From Octopus bimaculoides (Eukaryota), in assembly GCF_001194135.2 (NCBI RefSeq), contig NC_068994.1:38401634-38465326 (forward strand): a DNA stretch of 63,693 bases. Direction: 5' to 3'. The position numbers and the translations under genes were made by a program. Positions 25,602 through 38,178 of the stretch are shown here, piece after piece (position 1 is the first letter of the stretch; each line of letters starts with the position of its first letter). The notes under the pieces were generated by a model that searched no databases, was not told the origin of the DNA, and was given only the letters and a program-made list of their open reading frames with translations.

Positions 25602-27514
25602 GGCTGATATCTTATGTGTAAGTGTAAACGAGCTGAAAAGAAATCAAATATATAAAAAAAAAGATGGTATATTATCTCTAGTTTACATATTTATGTTATT
25701 TATTTTGAGTACTATATTCATATGAACTTCCTTTTGGCATATTATATAACTATGCAGATGTAACAATGGAATCATTTATAAAATTAAAAATATCTACAAT
25801 GACAACTTTGTTTCTTTTGTTCTTTTTTTTTTCAATTATACATCATTATTGTTGTTGTCAAAATGATCTATTTTTAACTTACTTGGCTAGAAGCAAATGA
25901 TGTAAGATTCAGTAGAGACTTCGTCTTAGAAATCATATATTAACTACATAACATGAAAGTAACACAACAAGATCATAAATTCAAAAGTACTCCCTCCTCT
26001 TCAAATACATTTTAATCCTATATATCAGAGAGAATAAAGTTAACTTCCTTCCATTCCAATGCATATTATCGATGAATTATTTTCAACCTGCCTGTCAGAC
26101 ACTTTAGTATGAAGCAGACTTACTTGTCTTTGGCCAGAATAGTTTATCTCTGAATTCTCCCATTTAAACATTAGTCATTTATTTTGCCCAGACAGGTTCC
26201 CTCTCATGCTCAAACCTAATTATGTCCTGTGTAACAGCTATGCCATATTTGATTAGAAACGAAGTATTCTTCAACTTCTGTGGGACACAAAGCACCTCTC
26301 TCTTGCCTGTTTCCCTTTGCCTCATCCTCAACATATCTCTGATCTACCTCCAAGACTCACCACCACATTTCATTTTCCATCAATGACTCTCAGGATTTCT
26401 TTTCACCCATGTCTTTTCCTGTCCCCTTTTTCTCACAACTTCTGCCCATATTTGCCCTCATATAGTGTTAGATAACCTTAGACATCCTTCCCTTGACACA
26501 ACCCACACTATGTCCTTTCAACTCCGTCCCTCCTTGTGTTACCAATCCCTTTCCGCTTCCTTGTTTCTCCTCTCCCCCTCATTTCCTTTTACATAACCTC
26601 CCTCAGCCTTCCATCTAGGACATCTCTCACTCTCTTTTGTTCTCCTTCAGATATGGGGGCCACTTTCTGCCTTTAGCCTTGCAAGTCACTACATGATCAT
26701 CACTCTTGTTGGTATCATGTAAAAAGCATCCAGTACCCTCTGTAAAGTAGTTGGTGTAAGGACATCTGGCCATATAAAGCATACTAAAGTGAACACTAAT
26801 ACATGATATAGTCCTCTGACTTGTCAGACCCTGTCTAATCTCTGTCAGTATGGAAGCTTGACATTAAGTTGATGATGTTTTATTTGAAGTGAAACAAAAG
26901 TTTGTCACCATTCTTCAAATATTACAAACTGTTATAGCTTAGAACTGACACAAACTTGGAATGTATTCTAATGACAACTATTTATTTTATGTACTGGCTA
27001 GTTCACAACCTAAGAGAAACAACCTCATCTTTATCTGTTGCCCCAACACCTGGTCCATGTATGCCAGTAGTAGAGCTCACTCAGTTGCAAGCATTCAGTA
27101 ATGTCTCCATTTTGAGGATAAGTTACTCCAACAAGTCTAGAAGGTACTGAAAAAAGTGGGCCAAGTGGTGCGGTCCCCTCTTTCTCAGATGAAGCAGTTA
27201 AATAAACAAATGAATAATCAAGTAAATAATCTTAATAGTCAATTATATCACTATTTTTGCCTGAGTCTACTCCTACATTAGTAATAACATAGGATAAAGA
27301 TATTCTAAATATTATACAAAAAAAAGCTAATTATATTAGTATTCATTTCTCATCTTATAATAAATAAATATCTATATAAAATATATTCTATAAGAGCCAA
27401 TTCATGACTTTACCAAACTGTCTGAGCTAGTGAAATCACTTTAGTAAGACTTTTGCAGAAAGATGTTGCTAAATGTCTATATAAGTAATTTACATATAGT
27501 AGAAACTTCTAAAA

Positions 27515-27778
27515 ATACTTACCAATAGTTGTCTATTGTATATACTGTTGTTATTGTACAGTTTCAATGTTCTGGTAACAAAGTGTTGTAGTAGTAGCAG
27601 GAGTTCTGAGTAGTTTGGTATGTAATAGTGTTATATAGTTCTATGAAGTTGGTTGTGTAGTATGTAATGTGTGTTGTAGCCAATGACAAGTTGTCTATTA
27701 TTTCAATGCAAGGAAACGGAAATACAGCCTCCAGTTCTTGCAATTAATGATGGGCTGCCTCACAGACTAGTTTACTAA
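27515..27778 (-). promoter_or_regulatory. Conserved promoter + non-coding exon 1, copy 4 (gene 4)
   Basis: Donor at 27523, CCAAT 27680-27684; TGACTCA changed to TGCCTCA. Confidence 0.78.
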
Positions 27779-29063
27779 CACACACAAACTTATATGAATG
27801 TGTATGTATGTCCAAATATAAAATGTATGTACAAATGAAAATAGTGTCTAGAATATTCAAGGCAATATTGTATGCAATCTGTTACTTTAAAATATGTATG
27901 AGCTATTTTTTATTTACAAAAGAGAAAAATGCAACTTTATAACTTTAGTAAACTTTATAAAACATTTTGTAAGTTGCTTTTTTCTTGTTTATTTAGTTGT
28001 TTAAACTTTCCTATTAAACATGCAGCAGCATTTGACATTTCTCCTAAAAATTAATTAAATATTTAAAAAATTTCATTACTGCATTGTAGATGTAATTTCA
28101 AAATACAAAATTATGGCTTTGAATGAAGTTCTATACTAACTCTAATAGTTGTGGCTAAGAAATTCATATTTAGAGAGAGAAGTTAGCTTTAGAAAACAGA
28201 TACAGTTCTATTAAATTTGACCAGTCTTGTAAGGAATTAAAGCAGAGTTGTAAGGAATTATAACAAACAATGTAAATATTTAATTCTATTTAGCTCTAAA
28301 TGAAATAAACACCTTTCTTTTACCAATTCATATTTTTCTTCTAAGGCTGGAGACATTTTTAAGTAATAAAAATTTTAATTTCTAGAAAATAGTTTTTTAT
28401 TGGAACTGTTTATACTACTTACATTTTTTTCAAAACTACTTTTTCAGTTATGAGATTATGAACAATATATTTTTTTAATTTTATTGTGGAGGTGGAGTGG
28501 AGTAGGGGTAGGGTTATATGCTTATATTTTAACCATATTGTGAAATAAATTCTTGAAAGATACATTTAACTTGCAAAGATTCGAGGTTTTATTAATTAAA
28601 TTAAATTAATATATTTCTAATTTTAATTGTTTCTATCTGAGATTCAATAGCTGAATAATTATAGTTCCAGTGAGACAATCTGGAAAATGAGTTTTTAAAA
28701 AAGTTACTGCAGTGAGAATATCCTTTAAATGTATATTTAAAATATATACAATAATATTATAAATGGGATGACTGAACAAAGTATAAAATTGATAACAAGC
28801 TTTACTTGTTATTTGGTTATAATGAGACATTATTTCAATCATATTTACACCAGGCAGTAGCAACTATTTCCTTGTGAATTTCATGATTCATGTATATAAG
28901 TATATAACTAACTTAACTGTAGTTAAACCTAGATAAATTCATAATGCTTTTGTTAAAATCTTATTGTAGACTATATTTTGTGCCTTTTACTTGTCTCAAT
29001 CATTGGTCAGTAACCATGCTGGAGTGCCACTTTGAAATTTAAGTATGCACTAAAATTATGACA

Positions 29064-29136
29064 CAGAGAACACAAGCATGAATCCTGATACCGTCCACAT
29101 GCTAAATGAGTGCTCTACCATCTGAGCTAATTACCC
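29064..29136 (-). pseudogene. tRNA-Ala(AGC)-like pseudogene or tRNA-derived SINE head
   Basis: 73 nt GGGTAATTAGCTCAGATGGTAGAGCACTCATTTAGCATGTGGACGGTATCAGGATTCATGCTTGTGTTCTCTG. Colinear with eukaryotic tRNA-Ala with AGC at 34-36, but the stems are broken. Confidence 0.7.
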
Positions 29137-29402
29137 TCACAGAAGAATTATTCTCATGAGCAGACCTTAAACAAATAATTAACACAAGGTTGATATAATG
29201 AAATTTCTAAAAATATTTGGTTTAAGATGAATTATAGTCTGTCTAATTGTCAACTGTGATGGTAGTAGTAAGAACTTTGTTTATATTGATTATGACAAGT
29301 TATAAGATAACAGCATTTTGAGACTTTATGAGATAAAAACAGTAAATTTTCAGTATTCTTTCAGAATATGGTGTTTAAAATACTAATTAAAAATTAAAGG
29401 TG

Positions 29403-29725
29403 AAATAACAACTAGGGGAGATAATTAGGTTCTCATACCTAAATAACAGCATGTACACTCATGAAGTAATTATACATCAGGAGAACTTTGTAGATCCAAC
29501 AAATGACATCCATATGCAAACTGTGGAGAATATGTGGATGCAGGTAAAAAGAAAATTGCGACATCAATTTGGAACATCAGACAATTTGTTCATTTCCTAT
29601 TAACAAGAGTTTATATGGAGGAATTCTGTACCAAAGTAAAAGACTTTTGTTCACATTTTGGTCGCTTTAGCCAACGCCTACGTTGTTTAACTGTAAGTTA
29701 ACTTATTTTATCTCCCCTTGTTATT
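29403..29725 (+). mobile_element. Merlin/IS1595-like DNA transposon remnant
   Basis: THEVIIHQENFVDPTNDIHMQTVENMWMQVKRKLRHQFGTS..SY*QEFIWRN resembles an ISXO2/Merlin transposase C-terminus. Flanked by short inverted aaataacaa..ggggagataa motifs. Confidence 0.55.
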
Positions 29726-29862
29726 TCCCCTTTAATTTTTATTTACTTTTTAAACACCGTATTGTGAAAGATTACCAAATTTTCTGTTCATATTTTGCAT
29801 ATAATTCAAAATTTGCCTGAATGTTGAATATGGTGGTTAATTGGTCAAGTATTGGGATGGTG

Positions 29863-30185
29863 TTAGTTGTTTAGTGTAGATAGAATAGGTACCTGAGGTA
29901 CTGAAGGTACCTTTGGTAGTGTTGTTACTTTAGGTACAGCTGGCAGAGGTGGTTTACAGTCTGAAGTAAACTGACTTGTCATTGGTGCTATAGATGGTTG
30001 TTCAGTTATGTTAGATGTGGTACTAGATATAGTCAAAGGCACATGGTCAGGATAACAGGAAGTGTTTGAGTCAATATAAGATTGATATTTATAGCCATTG
30101 TTGTTATCTCCCCTTGATCTATCAAGTGTGTGTGGAAGTCGATTCCTCCTACTCCATGTGAGATCACTTTGGTAACGGCATAGAT
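29863..30185 (-). CDS. Protocadherin gene 5, terminal exon B
   Basis: tttccAG acceptor; (D)LCRYQSDLTWSRRNRLPHTLDRSRGD...KPPLPAVPKVTTLPKVPSVPQVPILSTLNN-TAA, open. Confidence 0.82.
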
Positions 30186-30732
30186 CTGGAAATATATTGG
30201 TTTATAAACCATTTAAAATGCATTCTATACAATATGAACTGGAATTTCATTTCTAAGTTATGTCCATATCGAACCTTTGTTTACACATATCCATATATTG
30301 TTGAAACGGTGTATAAGTAGATATAAGTAATCATAAGATTGTTTACGTAAATTGACTGATTTTTCAGGAATGGAAACTTCAGTTTATAAAGGATCATTTT
30401 AAAAGATTTTTAAAGAGAAACCAAGCTGCACTATTCTTATATAACCACTTTTTTTATTTTCATTTTTAACTTCCTTATTGTGTGAAAGTTTTCAGACTAT
30501 GTTGGCAATCCTAAAGAAAATTTTCAAGTATAGAAGCATAAATCTGTCAGAAAACTTATAAGAAATTGCATTGTAATGCATGAAAAAGGAAAATATTCTC
30601 GATATATATAAACAACAAACAAACAAAATAAAACAAGATGCTGTTTAAAAAATATATAGCCGTGACAATGGAATCTTTTTGTTGGCTAATGTTGTTAAGG
30701 CCATTCTAAGATTCTTCTGAATAGACTAAATA

Positions 30733-32011
30733 TTAGGTCGTCAAGTATGAAATTTGTAGTAAGTTAATGGTAAACTTTGACAGCTGCACATTTTGCGCCA
30801 TTATTATATTTTGACAATCATTATTTTTTCTTAGAAAGTTGGAACATCTATTTCTTTATTCCAACTAATTTTGCACTTTATAAGGTATTTATAAATCGAT
30901 TTTTTGCTATTTTTGTTTAGATATGGATAAGTCGGAAATTCGTACAGTTTTGAAATATGGATTCTTTCTTGGAAATGCAGCATCACAGACAGCTCGGAAT
31001 ATTAATGGAGTATTTCATTCTAATGTTATTACACAGCAGACAGTATCAAATTGGTTTGCAAAATTTCATTCTGGTAACTTTGACCTCACAAATGAGCAAT
31101 GTGGTCAACCAGAAACAAAGGTGGATAGCGACAAACTGAAAGCCATCGTCGAGATAGATCCATCTCAAAGTGCCCGTAATTTATCATTGTTATTTGGTGT
31201 TAGCAAGCAAACAATATTGACTCACCTAGTTCAAATCAGTAAGGTGAAAAAGCTGGATAAGTGGGTTCCACATGAACTCAATGAAAATCAAAAGCAGCAA
31301 CGTTTGGAAGCCTGCATTATGCTATTTTCTCATCACAATAATGAATCATTTTTTAATCGAATTGTAACATGTGATGAGAAATGGATCGAATGCAACAACC
31401 ATAAATGTTCAGCACAATAGTTGGACAAAGACAAACCACCAAAATACAGGCCAAAATGCAAAATTCATCAAAAGAAGCTGATGGTGTGTGTTTGGTGGTC
31501 TGGCACAGATGTGATCTATTATGATTTCATTAAACCGGGCTCGTCAATCATAGCCGAAGTATACTGCAGCCAAATGGACCAAATAATGCAGAAACTTACA
31601 AAAAAACAGCCTAGATTACTCAACAGATCCACTCCTATTTTATTGTAAAAAAAACGCCAGACCACACATCATAAAAGTGACTTTGGTGAAACTACAGAGT
31701 TGGAAGTTTTCCATCATCCACCATATTCACCTTATCTTGCCCCCACTAACTACCGCTTCTTCCAGAATTTGTATAACTTTCTTATAGAAAAAAAATTTTA
31801 TTCTGACAATGCTGTAAAACAAGCCTTCCAAGATTTTATTGACTCTAGATTATCAGGTTTTTACAGTTTCAGGCTGGACAAGATACCACTGAAATGGCAA
31901 AAGTGTCTTGATAATATGGGTGCATACTTTAATGAATAAAATTATTCCTTGTAGTTATAAAACATTAGCAAACTTTTTTCTTTTCTACAAATTTCATACT
32001 TGACGACCTGA
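30733..32011 (+). mobile_element. Full-length, inactivated mariner (IS630/Tc1/mariner) transposon
   Basis: 27-bp TIRs with 1 mismatch (ttaggtcgtcaagtatgaaatttgtag / ctacaaatttcatacttgacgacctga) and TA on both sides. Transposase 30923-31939 with WVPHEL, TCDEKW and HPPYSPYLAP, interrupted by stops at ~31418 and ~31646. Confidence 0.93.
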
Positions 32012-33266
32012 TATAATCTTCAAACACAAGACATAACACAGAAAGTAATTTGCTTGGAGAAAGTACAATTCAGGAAAAAATACACTGAACAAAACAAAAA
32101 AGTTCCTCTTTTACATGGATACAGGTTTCACAAAAACATACAGCAATTTTAGACTGAATATGGAAACTGTTTGTAATATTTGACATCTCCTGAAAGGTTC
32201 ACTATGATATAGAGATTCCATGAGTCCATTACATCTTAGAACTTAATTCAAAAGGCAACCTCTAATTTGTTCTATAGAACAAGTATTGTAAAAAAGATAG
32301 CTTTCTAGTACTCACATCATTTCTCTTCCTCTTGATGGCAGTTTTCAAAAACAAAATCTCAGTTGTACAGAGATGGTCATATCTACATTCAGACACATCT
32401 AAATACTAACATCGAAACCTTCTTTACTCAAAGCTACAATCAAAATACCTCATATTCTTCTTCTTTTGACTTGCCTAGAGCATGACAATGGACATACTAC
32501 ATATCTCTTTAATTATAGAATTTGTAGTATTCTTCATAATTGTGTCTTTTGAAGCTGATAATAGTTGGGATTGCTGCTCTTTACAGAAATACTACAGCCA
32601 TTGGTGTTCTTCCCTCATCATCAACCATTAAAGCACATGTTGCTTGATGAAACCAAGTAAATATCAGTATTAATTAATTACATCCCAGGACTTGAGTGTA
32701 ACTAAGTTCTATCAACTCCAGAAGAATGAAAGGCTAAATTCTGAGTACAGATCTCATCAAGGTCAACTTGAGATTTGAACTCAGAATTTAATGGTCTATT
32801 TGGCATATTGTCTAACTGTCAAACAATTCTGCCAATGCACTGCTACTAGTGAAATCCCTATTTTACAAACCTAGAGTATTAATTTCTGCTAATCATAGAG
32901 ATGTCAATGCACATGATAGAGAATGTTTTCAAAAACTGATAAATGACTTATAGTTAAAAAAGAGCCACTAAAACAGATTCTACTTCAGACTAAACAAGAA
33001 TTTTTTAAGCTTCCAAGACTTCACTAGAGTGAATGAAGTTCACATGTCTTGGCAACACACAACTGATGTTAATGCTCAACAGACTTTGGAAATAAGGAGA
33101 AAAATGTCAAAAGTAAGAATAATATTGGGAAAATTTACTCAACGTATTTCCATGTTCTATATTGACTATGAACGTCTAAGCTATACATGCATGCATGTTT
33201 AGATACACACATACTTACATATGCCATGTTGTAGTGTTGCACAAATATCTAGTGTTCCTAACTTAC

Positions 33267-33417
33267 CAGGCAGTTCCTCATAATGTCCAGTACTACCGAC
33301 ATTCCAGCCTTGACTGCTATCTGTGTGAGATGACAATGTTAACATCTCACTGAATTGGTCAGTACTGTTTAATTCTCTGTATCCTGGAGACATACTTTCT
33401 TCTCTTGGAGTGAATAT
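33267..33417 (-). CDS. Protocadherin gene 5, cytoplasmic exon A (151 bp)
   Basis: AG/GT flanked; IFTPREESMSPGYRELNSTDQFSEMLTLSSHTDSSQGWNVGSTGHYEELP. Confidence 0.85.
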
Positions 33418-33725
33418 CTAAATAGAAGTACATAAAGCCATTCTATTATCATAATTTTATGGGCATTCCAAACACACGCACACACACACACAGCATTTTA
33501 AGGTTGTCAATATTTCAAAATAAAAATTATAAAACAAAGTATTGAAAATAAATTATGACCATACTTAGAATATTTTACTTGTAAATAGTTGTTGTCCAAC
33601 AAGAAATAACTTGCAAATAAGGGTCACTAAAAAAAGCACACAAATTTAAACAAAACCAACTTAAGAAATACTAGACTTCAGGTTTGTAATTCAAACAACT
33701 AGTAATTAACTATTACATATCTTAC

Positions 33726-36119
33726 CTGTTCACATGGTTCAGTGAAAGCTGAATTACCCCATCTATCACATAACGCAGTTCTGCAGTGAATATCTTCCAT
33801 GTCCACCGTTGGTTGTTGAGATTTGGTCATGTTTCTCTCTACTGTGTACTGAACTCCAGGAAGAACACAAGTAGGGTCAAATGTATATTTTGATTGGATG
33901 TTTAATGTAGGTGTAACCTTGTGGTACATATCAACACTATTATCATGGTTGCTATCTGTCTGCTTCAGTCTATGAACTATACAGATTGATATAGAGATCA
34001 CTATAACAACTGATACTATCACAGCTGCTATAACAATAACAATCATCACATTCAATTGGAGACCATTACTTGATTCTGTTGTTGTCTTTGAAGGGGTCTT
34101 AAACAACTTTGATGTGTTGTTACTAACTGTTAAAGTCAAAGAGAAAGTTGTTGTTGATGACAGAACTGGACTGCCACTGTCTTTCACACCTAATTCCAGT
34201 TCATAGAATCCAGCATCATTTTGGTAAAGTGAGCGAGAGAAAGATAAGACACCAGAGTGATGGTTCATTTGAAATAAGTGTTTCTCATTTCCTCTGAGTA
34301 TTTCATATGTGAGGAAGGCATTGTGTTGACTGTCTCTGTCAGAGGCCCTAACAACTGTGATATCATGGTCAGAGCGGGGATGGTAGTGGACATTAAGACT
34401 GAAAGGGTCAACATTAGGGAAACTGAAATAGGGAGAATTATCATTTAAATCCATAACCTCAACAACAACATTTGCTGTGTTCTCCAGTGATGGTGTTCCT
34501 TTATCTTTTACTAAAACCTTAAACTCATACATGTTCTTTTCTTCTCTGTCTAGTGACTCAGTTGTGGAAATAAATCCCACATCAGATATCTGAAATGGTA
34601 GAACATCTTTTCCATTAGATAATAGAGAATAAGTTAATTGTCCTCCATCTCCAATATCTGGGTCTGTAGCATTGACATATCCAACAGGGAAGTCTTTGTG
34701 TTCATTTTCATAGGTGAGAAACTTAAATGTGTCCTGACTAAACTGAGGTTGTACATCATTTATGTCGGTAACCAACATTGAAAACTGTTTCCGTACTTTC
34801 AATGGAGATAAACCATTATCTTGACATTTAATCGTGAAATTAAATCTCTTCTCACTCTCTCTATCTATTTCACTCTTGACAACAACTTTGTATTTCTTTT
34901 CAGATATTGAGATAAGCTGAAGGTATCTATTTTGCAAATGGCACTTCACATGTCCATTTACTCCACTGTCATTGTCAATAACTTTGACATAAGCAACAAA
35001 GCTGTGAATTTGAGTTGCTTCTGAGATGACAGCTGTGTTTCCAGTTGTCTTTAAAACAAATTTAACATCAATGTTTGGTGGATTGTTAAGATGACTGACA
35101 CCATTTACAAGAACAGTAGCTCTTGAAATTCTGTGAGGAATGCCATTATCTTTGGCTTCAATAAATAATTTATATAATTTTCCAAACTTATATTCTTTTG
35201 TCATAAATAATTCTCCAGTTACTTTATCTAATCTGAACAGTGTTTTCATTGTTTCTGGTGTTTTAGAACTAATTATGTATGAAATTCTCCCATTTTCTCC
35301 CTCATCCATGTCTGTAGCAGAAAAAATGAATATAGGTTTGTTTATTTGGTGCTTATCGTTTACTGTTATATTGTAGATACTCTGAGAGAATACAGGTGAG
35401 TTATCATTTTTATCTTTCACTAAGATATTTATATCCATTACACCTTCCTTTGGTGGTGTTCCCCCATCTGTAGCAACTAGTTGGATGTGATAATTAGATT
35501 TTGTTTCTCGGTCTAGCTTGTTTTCCAAAACTAACTCGAGTAAATCAGTTTCACTTAAATCATGTGATAAGACCAATTTAAAAGGAATATCTTCATCCTC
35601 TTTGAATTTATAATTGATCATTGTGTTCTGAATACTGACATCTTTATCAATGGCATTTGGAAGTATTTCTTTTGTTCCTATCAATGCATTTTCCTCATAT
35701 TGCAAGTGAAATTCCTTATTTGGAAATATGGGAGAATTATCATTGGCATCTTCTATCATAACTTTGACTTCCAATATTTTCAGAAATGAATGGCCATGCT
35801 GAACTGCTATTTCCAATATCCTGAAGCATTCCACGTTATATTGACACAGGGTTTCTGCATCCAGCATGGCAGCTGTGTATATTTGTCCTCCAGGTGTAAC
35901 ATTAAATAACTGAACATCTCCATCAGTATTACCATGGAGTACATTAAATGTCAGTTTGTTGTTGTTATCCCGAGACTGTATATTATCCAGTAAATGTATA
36001 TCAGTGACAATATCTCCAATGTAACTGTTTAAATCATTGTTCTCTTTCACATTATAAATATGATCCACACACCAGCAGCTCTCAGCCATCAACAGCACCA
36101 ACAATACCATTGACAACAT
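33726..36119 (-). CDS. Pcdh: Protocadherin gene 5, complete large exon
   Basis: Gap-free ORF; acceptor at 36153, homologous ATG at 36119 (MLSMVLLVLLMAESCWC), CAG|GTAAGA donor at 33726. Confidence 0.95.
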
Positions 36120-37771
36120 GACTACAATCTTCAATTGTCTCTGATGTATTAATCTGAAATGGAAATAGATATATAGAGGATAACATTCAATATGCAGAAT
36201 ATATACCGAGATATTGCTTCCATACCAATACATCATAATTTATGTCAGAATATCAATCATCATCATTAGGTAGCATAAATTCTCACAAAATTTTCTCTTA
36301 TTGATCAGTGACTATGAGAATAGTGAAAATTTGATTATCAGCTGATTACATATATATATAAAAATGAAATTCAATCTTGCTTGCTTGCTTACAATGTTAC
36401 ACAGCCAAACTGGTGCATAATGGGAAGATACTCCGAAAATAATTTAACCCAGACAGGGAAGAAACTCTAACCTTTCCCTTAGACACATTATGATGGGCAA
36501 AATATTTTAAAGTGAAACTGACTTTAAAAATACGGTAAGCATTTCGTAAAAAGATTTATTCGCAACTTGGTGTGAAATAGTTTTTTCCATAGGTTTCTTT
36601 CGAGTGCATTCAACATATCTCACCTCCAAAGATTTGGCTGCTATTCCTAGCATGCTCTACAACCACATAGCAGCTATTTGCGATCAAAAGACACAAAATA
36701 ACTGTTACAAGGTGGCTGGGCATGCAAGAAATAGCAGCCAAATCTTTCCTTTTTCTGGGGAAAGGAACTGTTTACGCATGATTTCGATGTCACATTCATT
36801 GAAAGCATGTGAAATATCATGGAAAAGAAAAAAACTCACAAAACAAAACTCCATTGCTAGGAAACTCGGACTTCCCCGGTGACCCAACGAGTCATGGGTA
36901 GTCTAGTATATATATGTATATATTTATATATATAATGTTTATGTGTGTGTTATGATGCAGGCATGGTGTTGTGGTTAAGAAGTTAATTTTCCAGACACAC
37001 AGATCCCATTAAATGGTATCTTGGCCCATTGTCTTTTACAATATCCCTGAGCTCACCAAACCCTTTTGATGGATTTAGGGTAAGGAAACTGAAAGAAACC
37101 CATCATATGTGTGTGAGAGAGAGGGGGAGTGTATGTGTGTGTAATTACATTTAAGTGGAGACAATTTTTTATTTAAACATACATATATCACTAAAACCAA
37201 TTTTTTTCTTTTTACTCCGCAATTTTCTTCACTCTGAAAAGGGAGAGACTTCCATAATTCAGCGCTAGACATGCAGACTTCAAGAGAAGAGTGGGCAATC
37301 ATGTCTAAAAAGTTATTTCTTTTAAAGTTGAATTATCCTTTGAAAGAAGAAAATCAGGTATTTCAGTTGTGGGTTTGTATCATAGAAGCTGAAAGTGTTT
37401 GACTGTCAGTGTCTCCAAATTTTAAAGAAGGATGGAAAAATATTACATCCAAACCAGAGACCTGAATTAAAAGCCCCAAACAGAGAATATATCACTGAAG
37501 ACACACAAGCGTCCGGTGGCTATGTTATAAAGACAGAAAAAATTTTTGTAAGTTTGCTCTGTTACAGCTCATCTATGGCAATAAAACAATGATTATGTAT
37601 TGCCAGTGATCTTCTCTTGACAGGGCAACCAACAATATTACTTTTACAAAAGGGACACTTCAACATTTGCCATGGGATTATGGATTTGCTAGAACTCTCT
37701 GTGAGATACGTTACTATTACAATTACAGAGATATTGAAAGTTGCTTTTATGAGAATCCTCAATATTTTATA

Positions 37772-38178
37772 GGCGCAGGAGTGGCTGTGTGGTAAGTAGC
37801 TTGCTTACCAACCACATGGTTCCGGGTTCATTCCCACTGCGTGGCACTTTGGGCAAGTGCTTTCTACTATAGCTTCAGGCCGACCAAAGCCTTGTGAGTG
37901 GATTTGGTAGATGGAAACTGAAAGAAGACCGTCGTATATATGTATATGTATATATATGTGTTTGTGTTTGTCCCCCCCCCCACACACACACACATTGCTT
38001 GACAACCGATGCTGGTGTGTTTATGTCCCTGTAACTTAGCGGGTCAGCAAAAGAGACCGATAGAATAAGTACTAGGCTTACAAAGAATAAGTCCTGGGGT
38101 CGATTTGCTCAACTAAAGGCGGTGCTCCAGCATGGCTGCAGTCAAATGACTGAAACAAGTCAAAGAGTAAAGAGAGAG
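37772..38178 (+). mobile_element. tRNA-derived SINE (family 1)
   Basis: ggcgcaggagtggctgtgtggtaag...gggttcattccc (A/B-box-like), internal (AT)/(GT) stretch, tail gaataagtactaggcttacaaagaataagtcctggggtcgatttg; other copies at 52469 and 58191. Confidence 0.85.

Noticed and set aside
30923-31939. Domesticated SETMAR-like host gene
   Set aside because: The transposase has internal stops, sits between TIRs with a TA duplication, and has no SET domain.
36120-36236. N-terminal extensions in the ORF track (gene 5 MMYWYG..., gene 3 from 17924, gene 6 from 46414)
   Set aside because: They cross the splice acceptor or use TTG starts. The homologous ATG before the signal peptide is at 36119, 17894 and 46390.
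36380-36905. GC-richer block in gene 5 intron 1 that may be a DNA transposon remnant (similar doubtful blocks at 26080-26880, 48280-48700, 62290-62560)
   Set aside because: No clear TIRs, TSD or diagnostic peptide motif could be confirmed by eye; a repeat-library search is needed.
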